In this document: piece after piece, positions 37,204-51,408 of the stretch
Layout: the number at the start of each line of letters is the position of its first letter
Numbering within the stretch: the stretch's first letter is position 1
Source: Felis catus
Taxonomy: Eukaryota
Direction of reading: 5' to 3'
Assembly: GCF_018350175.1 (NCBI RefSeq)
Contig: NC_058380.1
Span: forward strand, 9,300,001 to 9,364,000
DNA: 64,000 bases
Made by a program: the position numbers and the translations under genes
Notes under the pieces: model-generated
Told to the model about the DNA's origin: nothing
What the model saw: only the letters and a program-made list of their open reading frames with translations
Database searches by the model: none

Positions 37204-39026
37204 ATAAAGAGTCATTAGCAGCATTAATAACCTAGGATAGTCTTCTGATAAGAAACTAATCTTTCCTTTAACTTTCATAAAATGAAGTGTGCACATTTTA
37301 TATGTCCAATCATGTCTACCCTTAGAAAAACCATTTAGAACTCAATATTTCTCTAGATAATTCAAACACATCCTAACTGCCCAGAGAAAAGCTTCATTTG
37401 TCTCTGGAGACCGGCTTTCTGAGAATAATTTCATTCTGCAGGATTTTCTCAATAATACTCTATTATATATTGCTGACTGGACAAGAAAGGATTTTTATAA
37501 ATGTTGTCCTCAACGTATCTTTGAGGCTTTGACACATCTTTGGACAGTTGCATGTTAGGCATCAGAACATGAATTCAGAGCCTAAAAATTTTTTATTGTC
37601 ATAAATTGCTCAAATATTTTAACTTTTATTTGGCGGGCCATTGTACCGACCGCCCTTAGACTTGCACTGCGTTTCTCTGAGTGATCATATGCTTCTGTCC
37701 CGTGTGACACTGTGGATCCTCTCCAAGTCCCTCAACCAAATGCCACGGTGGCAGAAAACGCTGTATCCCTTTCCCACGCTGTTTCATTAGATTTTATGGC
37801 AGCGTTTCACGTTTCGACCACCTTCGGCTGTCACCGGCCTTATCTTTTCAGTAGCCCTTCGTTGCATTTTATTTGTGTGCGACCCTTTTCCAGCTTGACT
37901 TCCAACACATCACCCACCAGATTCTTGCTTCAAGTTCAGCACACAAAAGCGCAATCTGCTGTTGTTTTATTCCAGCCATTTTTCTACGCTTGAAGTTGTT
38001 CTATGTAAATTCAAGAGGAGAGTAGAAAATAAACCGGGAACATATAAAAACAGAAATAACCATGAAAATTACCTTAGATGACTCTTTAAAGAAACTGAGA
38101 TAAATAATCTGCTTTGGGGGGGGGGGCGGGGAATCCGTCTCTCCACAGGTGGGGATAAAATACATTCTACAACAATACGGCTTTATTTTAGTTTTCAATG
38201 GTGTTACCAGCCAGAAAATGATGAATATTAAAGAAAAAAAAAAAAAACAACACAAGTATATGAAGTTTGGGGAAAGGGTTGCAAGCGTCTGGATTCTGCA
38301 TGGGGCAAGGTTTAATGCTAGGCAGGAAGCTTTTATCTTTTATCTCCCCTTTCGATAAACTCAGCTGAATAGTCACTGGATTCACCGAGGGCTGGACATA
38401 AAGGAAAAGCTCACATTTGGTCTATAATTGTGCACATTCAACCGCTTATCTTACCAGAGACATTGTGCTATCTATTGGAATTTTACTATTTTGAAAACTC
38501 TTCGGGGCCTTTTGGGAATAGACTTTTCTGAAATATGGAGGAAAGCAAGGGATGTGTGATAAGGTACAAGAACACCATAGCATGGAACATTCTTTGTTTG
38601 TTTCATACTTAGGACGTAGGGTGTGGGTGTGACGTTTGCATCTTAAAGAGACTGACACCTCGTGCTTTATCTATATTTTAGTGAGCTTCTTAAAAATATA
38701 TGTGGGGGTGTCTGTCTTTATGTGACACCTCAATTTTATGGTATGATTTACTGACATTAATGACCATAACCACCTTTGCCTGATGTTCTGCAGGTTCCAT
38801 GGCCCATATCAATGTTTATTCCCTAAGAACTTATGACCNNNNNNNNNNNNNNNNNNNNNNNNNNNNNNNNNNNNNNNNNNNNNNNNNNNNNNNNNNNNNN
38901 NNNNNNNNNNNNNNNNNNNNNNNNNNNNNNNNNNNNNNNNNNNNNNNNNNNNNNNNNNNNNNNNNNNNNNNNNNNNNNNNNNNNNNNNNNNNNNNNNNNN
39001 NNNNNNNNNNNNNNNNNNNNNNNNNN

Positions 39027-39183
39027 CAGAGGGAGGAGGGGCAGAAAGAGAGGGAGACAGAGGATCCGAAGTGGGCTCTGTGCTGATAGCAGGGACCCTG
39101 ACGTGGGGCTCTAATTCATGAATCATGAGATCATGACCTGAGCTGAAATCGCCGCTTAACCGACTGAGCCCTCCGGGAGCCCC
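39027..39183 (-). mobile_element. CanSINE (tail in N-gap)
   Basis: Reverse SINE body and head. Confidence 0.88.
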
Positions 39184-39839
39184 ATGAGCTATTATTTCTA
39201 ATGCTAGCATAATAAATAACTACTTATCAATTGGGAAAGTAATTAAATAATGGAAGCATAATGGAATAATCTAGGTAAGTGAGTCTTCTTTCAAACAGCC
39301 TACAAATGTTAGTCTCCCTGGCCTTTGAGCTGTCACACACTATACATCAATGTCTTATCTCATAACTTCTTATAGTAGTTCCTGTTTTAAAAAGACATAC
39401 CAATCTCAGAACCTCTGGTTCCAGGCACAGAGGAAGCATAATATACTAGAACACATGGCTACGTGGATTGCCCATGGTTACATGGGACGCCCACCAAGAT
39501 TAGAACCTCAGTCTCACTCCCAGTCAATACAGCTCCTGCTATGCCACACTGTTTCCTGTTAAAAAAGAGAGCGAGAGAGAAAGTCTCCAAGTTCATGCTC
39601 CTCAGCTCAGTAAGAGTCATCAATGCCCAAGTGAAGAAATGGGCCCAGCGCTGTCAACGGCATGTGTCAAATTTATTTTCACAGACTGTGGCTTTCATAC
39701 TGCTTTAACAACCACTCTCAGTACAAAAATGTATTCTATATCATGACCCAGTATACACATACTTGGGTATATAGTGAATTGTGCCAGTCGGGGTCCAACC
39801 AGGAAAACAAAGGACTTTATTCAGGAAATTGGTTCCACG

Positions 39840-39960
39840 GCCTGGAGCCTGCTTTGGCCGTGTTTCCCTGTCTATCTACTCATCCCCCAATCGTGTGCTC
39901 TCTTTCTCTCTCTCTCTCTCCCTCTCTCAAAAATAAATAAACATTAAAAAAAATTTTAAG
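39840..39960 (+). mobile_element. 5'-truncated CanSINE
   Basis: gcctggagcctgct...(CT)n...aaaataaataaacatt. Confidence 0.8.
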
Positions 39961-40058
39961 AAAACACCACTTGGACCAACAGAGGATACACACTTCAGGA
40001 ACTTTTTGCCCTGACCTAAATATTCTTTTAGGTCAGGTTATTAACACATGGGTTTCAT

Positions 40059-40278
40059 GGGGCACCTGGGTGGCACAGTCGGTTAAGTGCTGGACTTTTG
40101 GTTTTGGCTCAGGTCATGATCTCATTATGGTTTGTGGGTTCCAGCCCCACATCAGGCTCTGTGCTGACAGCCTGCTTGAGATTCTCTCTCTCCCTCTCTC
40201 TCTGCCCCTCCCCACTCAGTCACATAGACACATACACACTCTCTCTCTCAAAATAAATAAATAAACATTTAAAAAATA
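40059..40278 (+). mobile_element. CanSINE
   Basis: TSD acatgggtttcat. Confidence 0.93.
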
Positions 40279-40562
40279 AAACATGGGTTTCATGATCAGA
40301 ACTTTATGGGTTATATCATATGTATATTAGTAAAATACAAATTTCCACCAGGCTCCCATACTTGGACCATCTTTTTTGGTATGTGGATACCAAGTAAATA
40401 GTGCTGGATGACAATGAAGGAAGTCAATTAAAGGCCTTATTTTTCTACAGAATCAGCAAATAGCCAGGTATAATACTTATTAATCCCTTTCACTTTTTTT
40501 TTTGCTATAGAGCCTTCAGAGTATAGCAATAATAGTTACATTTTTTATAATGGAAATCTTCT

Positions 40563-40778
40563 GGGGCACCTGGGTGGCTCAGTCAGTTGAACATCCAGTT
40601 TCGGCTTGGGTCATGATCTCATGGTTCATGAGTTTGAGCCTCATGTCGAGCTCTGTGTAGATAGCTCGGAGCCTGGACCCTGCTTCAGATTCTGTGTCTC
40701 CTCCCCCTCTCTCTGCCACTCCCCAGCTTGCACTCTGTCTCTCCCTCTCTCAAAAATAAATAAACATTAAAAAAAATT
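40563..40778 (+). mobile_element. CanSINE
   Basis: Degenerate TSD tataatggaaatcttct / tataatagaattcttct. Confidence 0.93.
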
Positions 40779-41142
40779 GTATAATAGAATTCTTCTTTGT
40801 AAGTCAATTTTACAAAACCAGGTTTGTAAAATAGTACACAAACCAGGATTAGTGTGTGTGAGCATAACCCCCTCAACTATGGTAAGATATTAAATGCAAA
40901 ATTTAACCATTAGTTAAAGACAATAACACATAAATACATCTAAAATTGCATATGCAACAGTTTTGGAGTTTTGGAAATCTAGTGAAATAGAGACAATATC
41001 CTAATTTGAATTACTAACAAGAAAATTTTAGTTCATGTTTACATTTTCACGTGAATATCAGGTTACCTATTATGTTAACAGCAAAATCGATAACATTTCC
41101 TACCTTGGTAAGAATGTAGACTGTGACCTTCTGAATAATTCT

Positions 41143-41384
41143 AATGTTTATTTATTTTTGAGAGAGAAATAGAGACACAGACAGAGAGACAGAGACAGAG
41201 CATGAGCAGCGAAAGAGGGATGGGAGGGGCAGAGAGAGAGAAGAAGACACAGAAACCAAAGCAGGAGGCTCCAGACTCTGAGCTGTCAGCACAGAGCAGG
41301 ATGCTGGGCTTGAGCCCACAAACCATGAGATCATGACCTGAGCTGCAGTCTGGCTCTTAACTGACTGAGCCACCCAGGTGTCCC
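41143..41384 (-). mobile_element. CanSINE
   Basis: TSD tct(g/a)aataattctaa. Confidence 0.92.
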
Positions 41385-41655
41385 TCTAAATAATTCTAAA
41401 TTCTAGTAATGCTTCCAGGGCCCAAGGTGTTAGTAGATTCATGATAGATTTGTTGGTCACTAGTCATTATGATGGACATAGTATCTGCCCTATGCTGATT
41501 TGTGTCTTCAGGGCCTTTTTGAAAATGGAGCGAAACTAGTAATTATCTGCATCAAAGATGCTGTCAACATAAACATTACAAGAGAAGGTCACTTAGGCAA
41601 CTTACAACCTAAACATCTTGTTTGTAGGATTGAATCACCAATATATATATATATA

Positions 41656-41864
41656 ATTTTTTAAATGTTTATTTATTATTTTGAGAGAGAGAGAGAGCAC
41701 AAGCGGGGGAGGGAGAGAGAGAGAGGTAGACACAGAATCCAAAGCAGGCTCCAGGTTCTGAGCTGTCAGCACAGAACCCGATATGAGGCTCCAGCTCACG
41801 AACTGCAAGATCATGACCTGAGCCGAAATAGGGCGCTTAACCGACTGAGCCACCCAGGCGCCCC
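41656..41864 (-). mobile_element. CanSINE
   Basis: Reverse head ...cacccaggcgcccc and T-rich tail. Confidence 0.93.
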
Positions 41865-42599
41865 TAATTTTAATTAGACTTGTAATCAGCATTCTGCTCA
41901 ATGATCACAACTCCTCTCTCTTGAACAACATGCACCCTGCCTCACTCCAGGAAAAAGTTCTCACTGCAGTGATGGATTCGTTACCAGGCTTTAAAAGCTT
42001 TGCCACATGTGACATTGGATACAGTGCTAATAATGAACTAGGAAAGTTGCTTAGAGCAGCCAAATAACACTGAGTGACAGAAGCATCGAAATTTGTACAT
42101 TTAGACAATTTATGTATCGAGAAAATGCAGAAAGTAAGTATGCGGAAATAACCACCAAAGCCCTTTCAATATCAATTTTGAAAATCCATGGGAAGCTTCT
42201 CTCTTCAAATGCGGTTGGCCCCTGGAGGAGTCATGTGACCTTGACTTGTGAGCCCTTTTTACCTCTCTTACAAAGTGGACTGGTTTGTGCCACAAAGTCT
42301 CTAAGTTTCCTTCCACCTTAAATTTTGTGACTCGGCTCTATAAAATGGGGCTAATATAATAACGGCACCCAACACAAAGCACTGTTACAAGAATTCTAAA
42401 CGAAGGTAGATGTAATCTACTGTATACGTGGCCCTAACACAGAGGAAAACACTCAATAACTGAAATTACTTCATAAACTAACTGGCATTAGTCCCTTTGT
42501 CCTAACAGGTCTGAACACTCCTCCCCCTTCTTGGGTAAATCATGTTCAGTCCCGTCTACAGACTTCCCTTCCTCCTCCTCTTCTGCACCTTGTTGGGCA

Positions 42600-43650
42600 A
42601 AAAGCCCCCGAGTTCAGGTCTTGCTCAGCACCTTCTGCTCTGAGCTCTCTCCAACTCCACAGTCACGTTTATGGCTCACACAATGGACTGGCAAATGTTG
42701 ATCACCCTCCAGACTTTCAGCCCTGTATCTCCAGCTGCCCCAAAGCCTTCCTGTTTGGGCCGTGTCCCTTTATCTTGCTCTGTCTAAAGCATAATGTGTC
42801 ATTTTTGCCTCCAACACGTGTCCCCTTCAGGCATCTCTTTTTCTGTCAATAAGTTTTCAATTATTTACGCGCATTTTCATCATGACAAACGATGACCGCA
42901 TAACCAAAAATTTGATTCGAGAAAAAAAAAATCACCCATAATTCCGCCAGCCCAATCCAATCATTGTGGTAACGTAGCTGTGGTTTCTCCCAACCTTTCC
43001 TATCGCGTATGTGTTTGTACCGTTGTGACCGCGGTCTGTAATTCTAATTGTATCTTGCTTACAATTCTGATTATCCCGTACGGACTTCCCACGTTGGAGA
43101 AGCTTTCATAATAGATTATTGTTTTACTGTTATCTCTGTTTCCAGCAACTCTCTCCTTCAGTTCATTCTACACACCTGGCTAAATTTCATCTCATTCATA
43201 GCACGGCCTTAAGCGTCTTTGGTGTGCTCAGAACCATGGGTGATTTCCTTACTGTTCAAAAAATGAAGCCTAGGCTTCCTAGTCGAGCTCAAAGGCCCTC
43301 TTCAAACAGCAGTCCATCCTTTCCAGCCTCGTCTCCTATTACAGAACTTCTCTTCAGGCCAAATCACACCACTAATTACTCCACAGAGAAACGATAGTTG
43401 CCCCAGTGCCTTCCTTCAAACCATTCTGCTTACCCATGCCTCCTTCCTGTTTGACACTTCTTTGAGCTCGGGGGCTATTTCTTCCCCCAGAAAGGCTTCC
43501 CCGTGTATTGTGGTTACTCTCCCCGCTCTTTTTCTTTCTACTTGTTACCTGAGCCACTTGTTGGGCAAGCTTCTAGGACTGTATCTTCTGCCTCCCTGTG
43601 TCCTCAGAACTCAGCACAAAGGGCATGCTCAATAAATATTTATTGATGAT
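42600..43650 (+). mobile_element. L2 fragments (interrupted)
   Basis: 3' end ctcagcaca...gctcaataaatatttattga. Confidence 0.6.
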
Positions 43651-44275
43651 GATGATGATACCCACTGTCAGCACACCTGTTCTGGTTTCTACGATAATGA
43701 GGAAAGCAGTAAGGGAGCATTAGGGGGAAAATTCACTATAGCCCTCCTTACATGCTGCCAAAAGTCCGAAGAGATTTACGTATATTCTACTTTACANNNN
43801 NNNNNNNNNNNNNNNNNNNNNNNNNNNNNNNNNNNNNNNNNNNNNNNNNNNNNNNNNNNNNNNNNNNNNNNNNNNNNNNNNNNNNNNNNNNNNNNNNNNN
43901 NNNNNNNNNNNNNNNNNNNNNNNNNNNNNNNNNNGCATTTCCACATCATCTATTTCATTTGTGATATAGCAGAGATAAGTGTGAAACATTCTTAGATTGT
44001 AACATCGCTATTATAAAATGGCTTGAGACTTCAGAAAACTTAAACAGTGGATAGTAGAAGAGTCCAAATTAGAGTCCCAGGCTTTCTAAATCCAGCCAAA
44101 GCAAGTTAGTCATATCAGAAGCAGCATGGCACGATGGTGAAAAGCTTGGGCTCTCTAGTCGTGCTGCCTAGCGCACAATTTTAACGCTACCAATTTTAAC
44201 TACTAGTTGCATGATCATGGAAATTTTACCTAACTTTTCGGTGTCCCAGTTTCCCCATCTGTGAAAGAAGGGCAA

Positions 44276-44450
44276 CAGCCGTGGTATTCTAGAAAATGTT
44301 TAACAAATGGCTCTCCCCCCAGAAGCCCCGATTTGTAACATATGCCGATTTCCATGGTATAAATAAATACTCCCACAATGGCTGATTTCAAGCTACCAAC
44401 AGGCTCACAAAATTCCTGAAAATTCAGCAATGGACCCTTACATGGTATTG
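44276..44450. mobile_element. MER63-like hAT element splitting a MIR (MIR parts ~44120-44275 and 44450-44560)
   Basis: aaatgtttaacaa...gatttccatggt...ctcccacaatggctgatttcaagctaccaac. Confidence 0.7.
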
Positions 44451-45629
44451 TCCTTACAGGGCCGATGATGTGACAATTAAATGAGTTAAAATATGTGGGA
44501 AGCATTTAGAACTGGCCCTGGTACCTCGCATGCTTAGTTGGATAAATATTAGCTGTTTTTATTATACCATTTTAGTTTCCCTTCCTCTATGGAAATAAAG
44601 GATAGGAATAGCAGGTACTATTGAAAAAAAAAAAGCAGTTGCCTTGATTTTAGTTCATTTCAACCTCTTCCTAATCACATGTTTTATTTCACTATTGCCA
44701 AGCAGGTCCCATTGACTTATCTGAATTTCCTTTCCTTTTCCTTAATTCATCTTTTTCGGAAGCATTCTGAGCATCCGAGGACTGGCTAAAAGCCACATAC
44801 CAGGGAAGAAAAAGGGTTATAAAAAGTAAGGATAATCCCAACTGAAAATTTTTTTCCTGAATAATCATTTTAAGAAAACCTAAGTACTTACTCAAACAGC
44901 TAGATATGAAAGTTTATTCGGATACAATTACTTATTGCCCGTTTTTCAGGAGTGATATGAATTGTACTTCGTCTAGCCTCTTTTCAAAATAATTTTATTC
45001 CCTGGTGTTCTTCCTGCCACAAAATAAATAGGAATTTTTATTAAAAAGAATCCCAAAATATATGACTCTGAACCATAGCATTTTCTGCTTTTTGATTTCT
45101 CTGTGTATTTCCATGACTTCCCACTTACAAAACATCTGCTTACAAATATTGTAATTTGCTGGGTGTTTCATCAGAACTGACACTCAGGTAATAAATATTA
45201 GCTACTTCTAGAAAACAGGGTGTTTTTCTATCTTTAAGCCAGAACCTGGCCAGCCAACAATTCTGCTCATTAACCAGAACCCCTGGGCCTCAACATTTTT
45301 CTCTAGACTGTCTTCCTCTTTCTTGATCAGATGTCTTGTCACAAATTCCCCATGCTTCCTTTGCTTCTTCCACTCACACAATGGTTTCTAATGGTACTTC
45401 TCCGAATTTTATTCCCTTCTCAGTCAGTTTCTCCAGGGCTTTTTTCCTCCCGTTGCATTGACTTGACGCTTGTTTTCTGAAGGCCATGCCTAACATCATC
45501 TCAACTGTTGGGGAGGCTTCAGATTAGGGAAAAGCCTCCTGTTGGTGGAACACAGGGGACAGCGAAACATCCAGGCTGCAATCCCACGGGAGCGCCCACT
45601 TGCATTCTGCCTCTTCTGAGAAAATGGAA

Positions 45630-46290
45630 GCCTCTCTTAACCTTCTGCCCACCACCTCTCCCCCACAGCCCCCCGCGACCACCCTTCTCCTCCACAGCCC
45701 CCCGCAACCGCTCTTCTACTTTTTGTCTCCACGAATGTGACTACAGGTATAAGTGGAATCAGACACTATCCGTCTTTCTGTGAATGGCCTATTTCCCTTA
45801 GCATAATGTCCTCAAGCTTTATCCGTGCCGCAGCATTCAACAGGATTTTCTTCCTTTCAAAGCTGCTGAGTGATATTCCACTGTATGTACCCACCACATT
45901 TTGCTTGTCCATTCATCCACTGAAGGGCACTTGAGTTGCTTCCACTGTTTGGTTATTGCAAATAATTCTGCTATGAACATAGGTGTGCAAATATCAGTCC
46001 CAGTCCCTGCTTTCAATTCTTCAGGGTATAGACTCAGAAGTGGAATTGATGGATCATATAGTAATTCTATTTTAAATTTTTCAAGGAGCCACCATACTGT
46101 CTTCCATAACAGTAGGTTTTCCTTTGTGCACCATGTACGTTCCCACCGACAGTGCACAAGGATGCCAACGTCTCCACATCCTCCCAGCACTTGTTATTTT
46201 CTGATTTGTATTTTATTTTATTTTATTTTATTTTATTTTATTTTATTTTTTAACAACAGTCATCTTAGCGGGTAGGAACTGGTATTGCCA
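45630..46290 (-). mobile_element. L1 (L1MB-like) ORF2 3' end and 3'UTR fragment
   Basis: Degenerate ORF2 C-terminal motifs in ORF 45837..46190(-): [30 protein letters not shown]...WKQ.KCPS.DEW. Confidence 0.9.
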
Positions 46291-47000
46291 CGAGATACTA
46301 CATCAAACAGATGAGGCTGGCTACAATCATTGCTTCGAAAAATGACGACCACTACAGAAAATGACAAGTATCGGTGAAGATGTCGAGAAAAGCTGGAGCC
46401 TTCCTACATGGCTGGTGGGAATGTAAAATGTTGCACCCTCTGTGGAAAACAGCTTGGTGGCTGCTCCCTCAGCCACACATACCGTTGTGTGACACAATTC
46501 TTAGGTATATAGCAAAAGAACTGAAAGCAGGTATTCAAAGACTTGCATGGAAGTTCACAGCACTGTTCACAAGAGCCAAAAGGTGAAAGCCGTCCAGACG
46601 CCTATCAGATGGATGAAGACACAAAATGTGATCCATCTGTACAATGGAATGGAGTATTATTCAGCCATAAAAATGAAATACTGGCACACATTATCACACG
46701 GAGAAACCTTGAGACCATCATACTGAGTGAAAGAGACCAAACACAAAAGGCACATACTTATATTCTCTCGGTGCAAAGTGTCCCAGTACGGAAAAGTCTA
46801 GAGATGGAAAGCAGATTGATGGTGGCCAGGAGCTGGGGAAAGGCATGAGTGGGGAATGACAGCTCAACAGGTACGAAAATGTTCTGGAACCAGATCGTGA
46901 TGATGGTACGACATTGTGAGTGCGATAAATACCACTGAATTAGACACTTGAAAACAGCTAAAATTTTATGTCATGTAAATTTTACTTCAATGAAAAAAAA
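46291..47000 (+). mobile_element. L1 (L1MB-like) ORF2 3' end and 3'UTR with A-tail
   Basis: HGWWECKMLHPLWKTAW motif in ORF 46374..46586; 3'UTR aaaatgttctggaa...ccactgaatt...aaaaaaaa. Confidence 0.88.
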
Positions 47001-47236
47001 CTTCCTGATGAATGTATCATTCGCCGTCTATGTGTCAGGCATAGTGGATATAGAGTTGATTAAGATAGTGCTCCTCTCTCTGGACTCTGAGATCCTTAAG
47101 GGACCGGCAGGTGAAATAATACAGAATAACGGTATGTGCTCAGACACATAAACAGGCTGCTGGAGGCTAATCCCACCAGTGATGATAGTGGTAATGATGG
47201 TAGGGCTTTCCAAATGAAGAAACAGATTTCTTGGAG

Positions 47237-48350
47237 GATTGATTGATTGATTGATTGATTAAAATGTTTTTGAGTATGCCTTTTGCACCTGATACTGTGC
47301 TAGGCTAGCAATCCAATGATGAACAAAATCAGATGCTGTCCATATCTCATGAAGCTTGCTTTTGGGGCAGAGTTAGACATTAATTTCAGCCACCTGCAGA
47401 ATGAAGTAGGCTCTGTGAAGAAAAGGAATACTCCTCCAGAAAGAAACTTAGCCAGGACCAGAGAGATCAAGGAAGGCTTCCTTCTGACAGTAATTCTTGA
47501 GCTGAGATCTGTGGAATGGGTAGGAAAGATGAACAAGCTAAGAGGAACCAGCATGTGCAAAACCTGTGCGGGAGGAAACCTGACATTCAAAGGCATTCCC
47601 AGGCATGAAAGAAGGCTGTAGTGTTTTGGAGCAAGCTGCATGATAGGGGATGAGGTTGGAGAAGCAGGGCCTGGAAGGGCCCTCCTGTGCTGTCCCTGGT
47701 AAAGATTTTGTTCTTTATCTTAAATGTGATAGGAAAAGGGTAAAGGCAGTTTGCCTGAGGGTTACCATCGTCCTGGCAGTCAAGAATGGACTGGAAGGGG
47801 GCAAGAGTGGACGCAGAGAGGAGACCAGTTAGGAAGCTACTGCAGCTGGTCAGGGAATAGATCACGGGGCTTGCGAGGTAGAAACAGAGAGGGAGAGACG
47901 TGGAGCTAGACCTACACAGCAGAGGTGGAGTTAGGAAGGCCAGGGGAAGACTGGCCCAGGGAGGCTGACATCTTGCACAAAGGCATGGAGGCGTCAAAGC
48001 ATGCAGCGGAAGCTGGTTGGGGCTTGCCAGGGTAGGTCACTAGTGACAGAACCCGTGGAAAGGTGCAGATGCGGGAACCACGGGAAGGTGTGGGAGAAGT
48101 CTGCAGAAATTGGATCATGGTGGCCCTCACTGGTAAGTCTAGACCTTACCTCGATGGAAGTGGGAAACTGTGAAGCATTTAAGGAGGGAAATGGGAACTA
48201 TCAGACGCATGTTGTATCAAGATCATTAGAGGGGTGCTAGAGAATGGATTTAGGAGGAATAAAGGGAAGACACTCTTGAGTATAAAGGAAGAAATTGATT
48301 AGGAGGTTGTTGCAACTGCTTAACACAAGAACTAACCACTGTCTGGCTAG
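47237..48350 (-). mobile_element. L2 fragment
   Basis: (GATT)n tail then reverse L2 3' end; ggaaggcttcc...tgagctgagatctg...agaccagttaggaagcta. Confidence 0.75.
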
Positions 48351-49849
48351 AGTGTCAGGGGGCTGGGGGATGGGATGACTGTAACAATCCATTGATGACC
48401 ACAAGAGTCATGATCTGTTGAGCCCATGGCACATTTACAGCCCCAACATCTTCACTCATGTGGCCTCATGGATCCTTGTCAGTTTAAGGGCTGTGGCACG
48501 GGACAAAGGAAAAGATCCAGGGGGCTGGAACAGAGTCTCTGACAATGTTTTGCTTTCAGAATTCCCCACCCCCCCCGGCCCCATTTTGATGTGATATAGT
48601 CACTCATCTGAACTACAAGTCCTTTAAGGAGAGGGATCATGTCTTAACTCCCGATTTCATGTCCTGACCCTACTGTCATACTTGCCTCAAACGAGGGGCT
48701 TAATAAATACTTGACTGAGTACTTGAATTAAAAAAGGCTTATTTCTCAGTGTACCTGCCATACTACCAACGTTAAGGGGGGAAATACACATGCCTTAAAG
48801 AATTATGAAACTCTGAAGCCCCCACTAATGTAGATAATGTGATGCTAATGTATCAGCTGCCTTTTAAGACAAAATGTCGCCCTTATTCTGCTGATGCCGC
48901 ATAAGAATGTGTCATCTTTATCATCAAGCTGTATTGCTCTTGATTGGTGCTTCACAGCATGGTGGAGTAGACTGGTATGTGATTCACAGGAGTCTGAAGA
49001 AAAAACTATCTCGGGCTCAAAACACCTATGAACCTACTATCACACTGACATCCAAGTAATATGGATGCAAAAATGTCCTTGAACTTGTTCAAATTGTGTC
49101 AAATCCATCTCAATGGTTCTGCAACCAATGGTCTCCCCAATGGAGCTGGCTTGTCTGAAATGAGTTCTTGTCAGCCCTCTCTATCTTCAAGCATGTTAGC
49201 AGACCCCCATCGGACAATCTGGTTCTGAGACCCCTTACCCAGAAAACTTTAATCTCAGGAAACTTTAGTTAAAACATAATTCCCTAAAGGAAAGGCTTTG
49301 AACGTATTGGGGAGAGGGAGAAAGCAATTAGACTAGTAATTCAGAGCTTAGAACTTACACTGGCAGTATTTAAAGCTTAATAAAGGCTTTCACAAAGAAC
49401 AATTAGACAAAGTCTCAGAAAGAAATCAGAGAAAAAGAAAAGTTTATTTGATGTGTGAACACTAAACAGCCTCCAAATGTGTGTGTGTGTGTGTGTGCGC
49501 ATTTGTGCATGCGTATTTCTATAGATTTCTTGGCAGATTTGGTCTTCTAATTATGACACAAAAATGTGGAAATGGGGTCACACAATTGCTCTTAGAATTA
49601 ATTCGTGAAATCTAAGAGACAAATGCTAACCTCTTTTAATGGCAAAATCTAATAGAGCTATAGGATTATCATTTCCATCCATGACCCAAGGCTACTTTCA
49701 AACTAGCTCTCCTTCCCATTGCTGATTTAGTAGATGCAAATGGGGGGAAATAGGTGTAGATAAAAGCAAAAGGGGGATAAGGAGGAAAAACAAGGTTCGG
49801 GGAATATCGTGGTGCCTTGCTTTGTGTCCTGAAGGCGGCTGCCATTGCT

Positions 49850-50269
49850 GAACTGTAAGCTCCCTGTCTTCTGTCTTCCAACTGATGCCAACACGAACTC
49901 TGAGCCATCAGCAGAACTCAGCCATCAGCAGAACTCTGGCGGTGAGAAATAGTGAGGTCAGGGTGTCTATCTCTCTGCTGAATTTCCAATCATCAGCAAA
50001 CGTCCACCTCAGGCCACAGTTCTTCTCGGTGTATGTGGGGGTCATCTTCCAGGGTGACCTTCTTGGGTTCTGGGATCTGCTCCTTCCCCTCACCCTCTCT
50101 GGTCCACAGGTACTAAGTTCTCCACTACTGCTGGTCTGGGGACGCTTCACCATACTCTGTTGATTTCCCTGATCCCTGCCCATACTTTTGTAAATGTCCC
50201 TTCATTAACCTGCCTCAAGTTCTGTTTGAATGCACCATCAGCTTCTTGCTGGGAACCCTGATGGATACA
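49850..50269 (+). mobile_element. Old ERVL-type LTR (LTR16-like) 3' portion
   Basis: Terminal ccatcagcttcttgctgggaaccctgatggataca resembles the LTR16 3' end. Confidence 0.5.
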
Positions 50270-51256
50270 ATTGTCTTCCAAGGCAAAGAGAGCACTGAAG
50301 CTCAGACAAGAGGATCTTGGAAAATCCCAGGGAGACAGGGTAACAATTTTTACTGGCTTTTTCCTTTGGCCTCAGTAATGAAAAAGTGAGTGGTTGTTTA
50401 GAATGCAATCTGTGGTTAATTATTGATGGGATAATGTTCCCTTTTGTAGCACTCATTCTCCTCTGGTAAGCCCAACTCCCCCATTAACTGTAAACAAAAT
50501 TACGAAAGTACTTTATGAACTAAGTTTTAAGTATCTTAAGTTTGAAGCGCCTGAGGGAGAGCCTAGTGGTAATGCTGTCTAAGTATTCAAAGATGAAATT
50601 GTTTGCCGGCTGGGGATGGTGAGTTACACATCACGGGAGGTGTTCAAGTAGGAGCTGGAAAAGCCACGGACTGGTTGTTGCACCTGCTGACTTCAAGGTC
50701 ATTTCCAAAGTGTGCTTTTAGGATTCTTAGTTTTATGCTTTAACGGTTGATCATTGTATTCATGAAAATGTTGACTAATAATTTAGACATCTTAATATAA
50801 TGATACATGAACAATATGTACATAGAGCTTCAGGCTCAAAAATCTTAAAGAAAATTCATCTTCACTGTGGCATGGCAAAACCCTGGTCTCTGTTTCAATC
50901 CTAACTCTTAGCCAAAGCTGTGTGTTCCGTGGAAGCCACCTAACCTCTCTGTGCTTGGTTTTTGCTTACCTTTCTTACAGACAGATGGTGGGAATTTAGT
51001 GAAATAGTATCTAGGACAAATTCAGGTCCTCAGTCAATGTTAGTTCTCTTCCTTTGCTTCAGCATCTCCATTAAACTGTTCCTCCTGCTACATCAATTTA
51101 TGGTGTGAAGGTAAATAAAAATGCATTTAAGAATTCTTTTCTTAATTGCAAAGTGCAATCAAAGTAATGATCAACACATCCTCTTCAGCACCTCACAACT
51201 CTGAGGGCACAGTGCTCTGCGCTATGAAGAATACATCATATGAGAAAGGCTTCCCT

Positions 51257-51408
51257 GGGGCGCCTGGGTGGCTCAGTCGGTTAAGCGTCCGACTTCAGCT
51301 CAAGTCATGATCTCACAGTCTGTGAGTTCGAGCCTTGCGTCAGGATCTGTGCTGACAGTTTCAGAGCCTGGAGCCTGCTTCAGATTCTGTGTCTCCCTCT
51401 CTCTCTGC
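51257..51408 (+). mobile_element. CanSINE (3' part in N-gap)
   Basis: Canonical head and body running into the gap. Confidence 0.92.

Noticed and set aside
49903-49936. 17-bp tandem duplication agccatcagcagaactc
   Set aside because: Ordinary slippage duplication within an old LTR.
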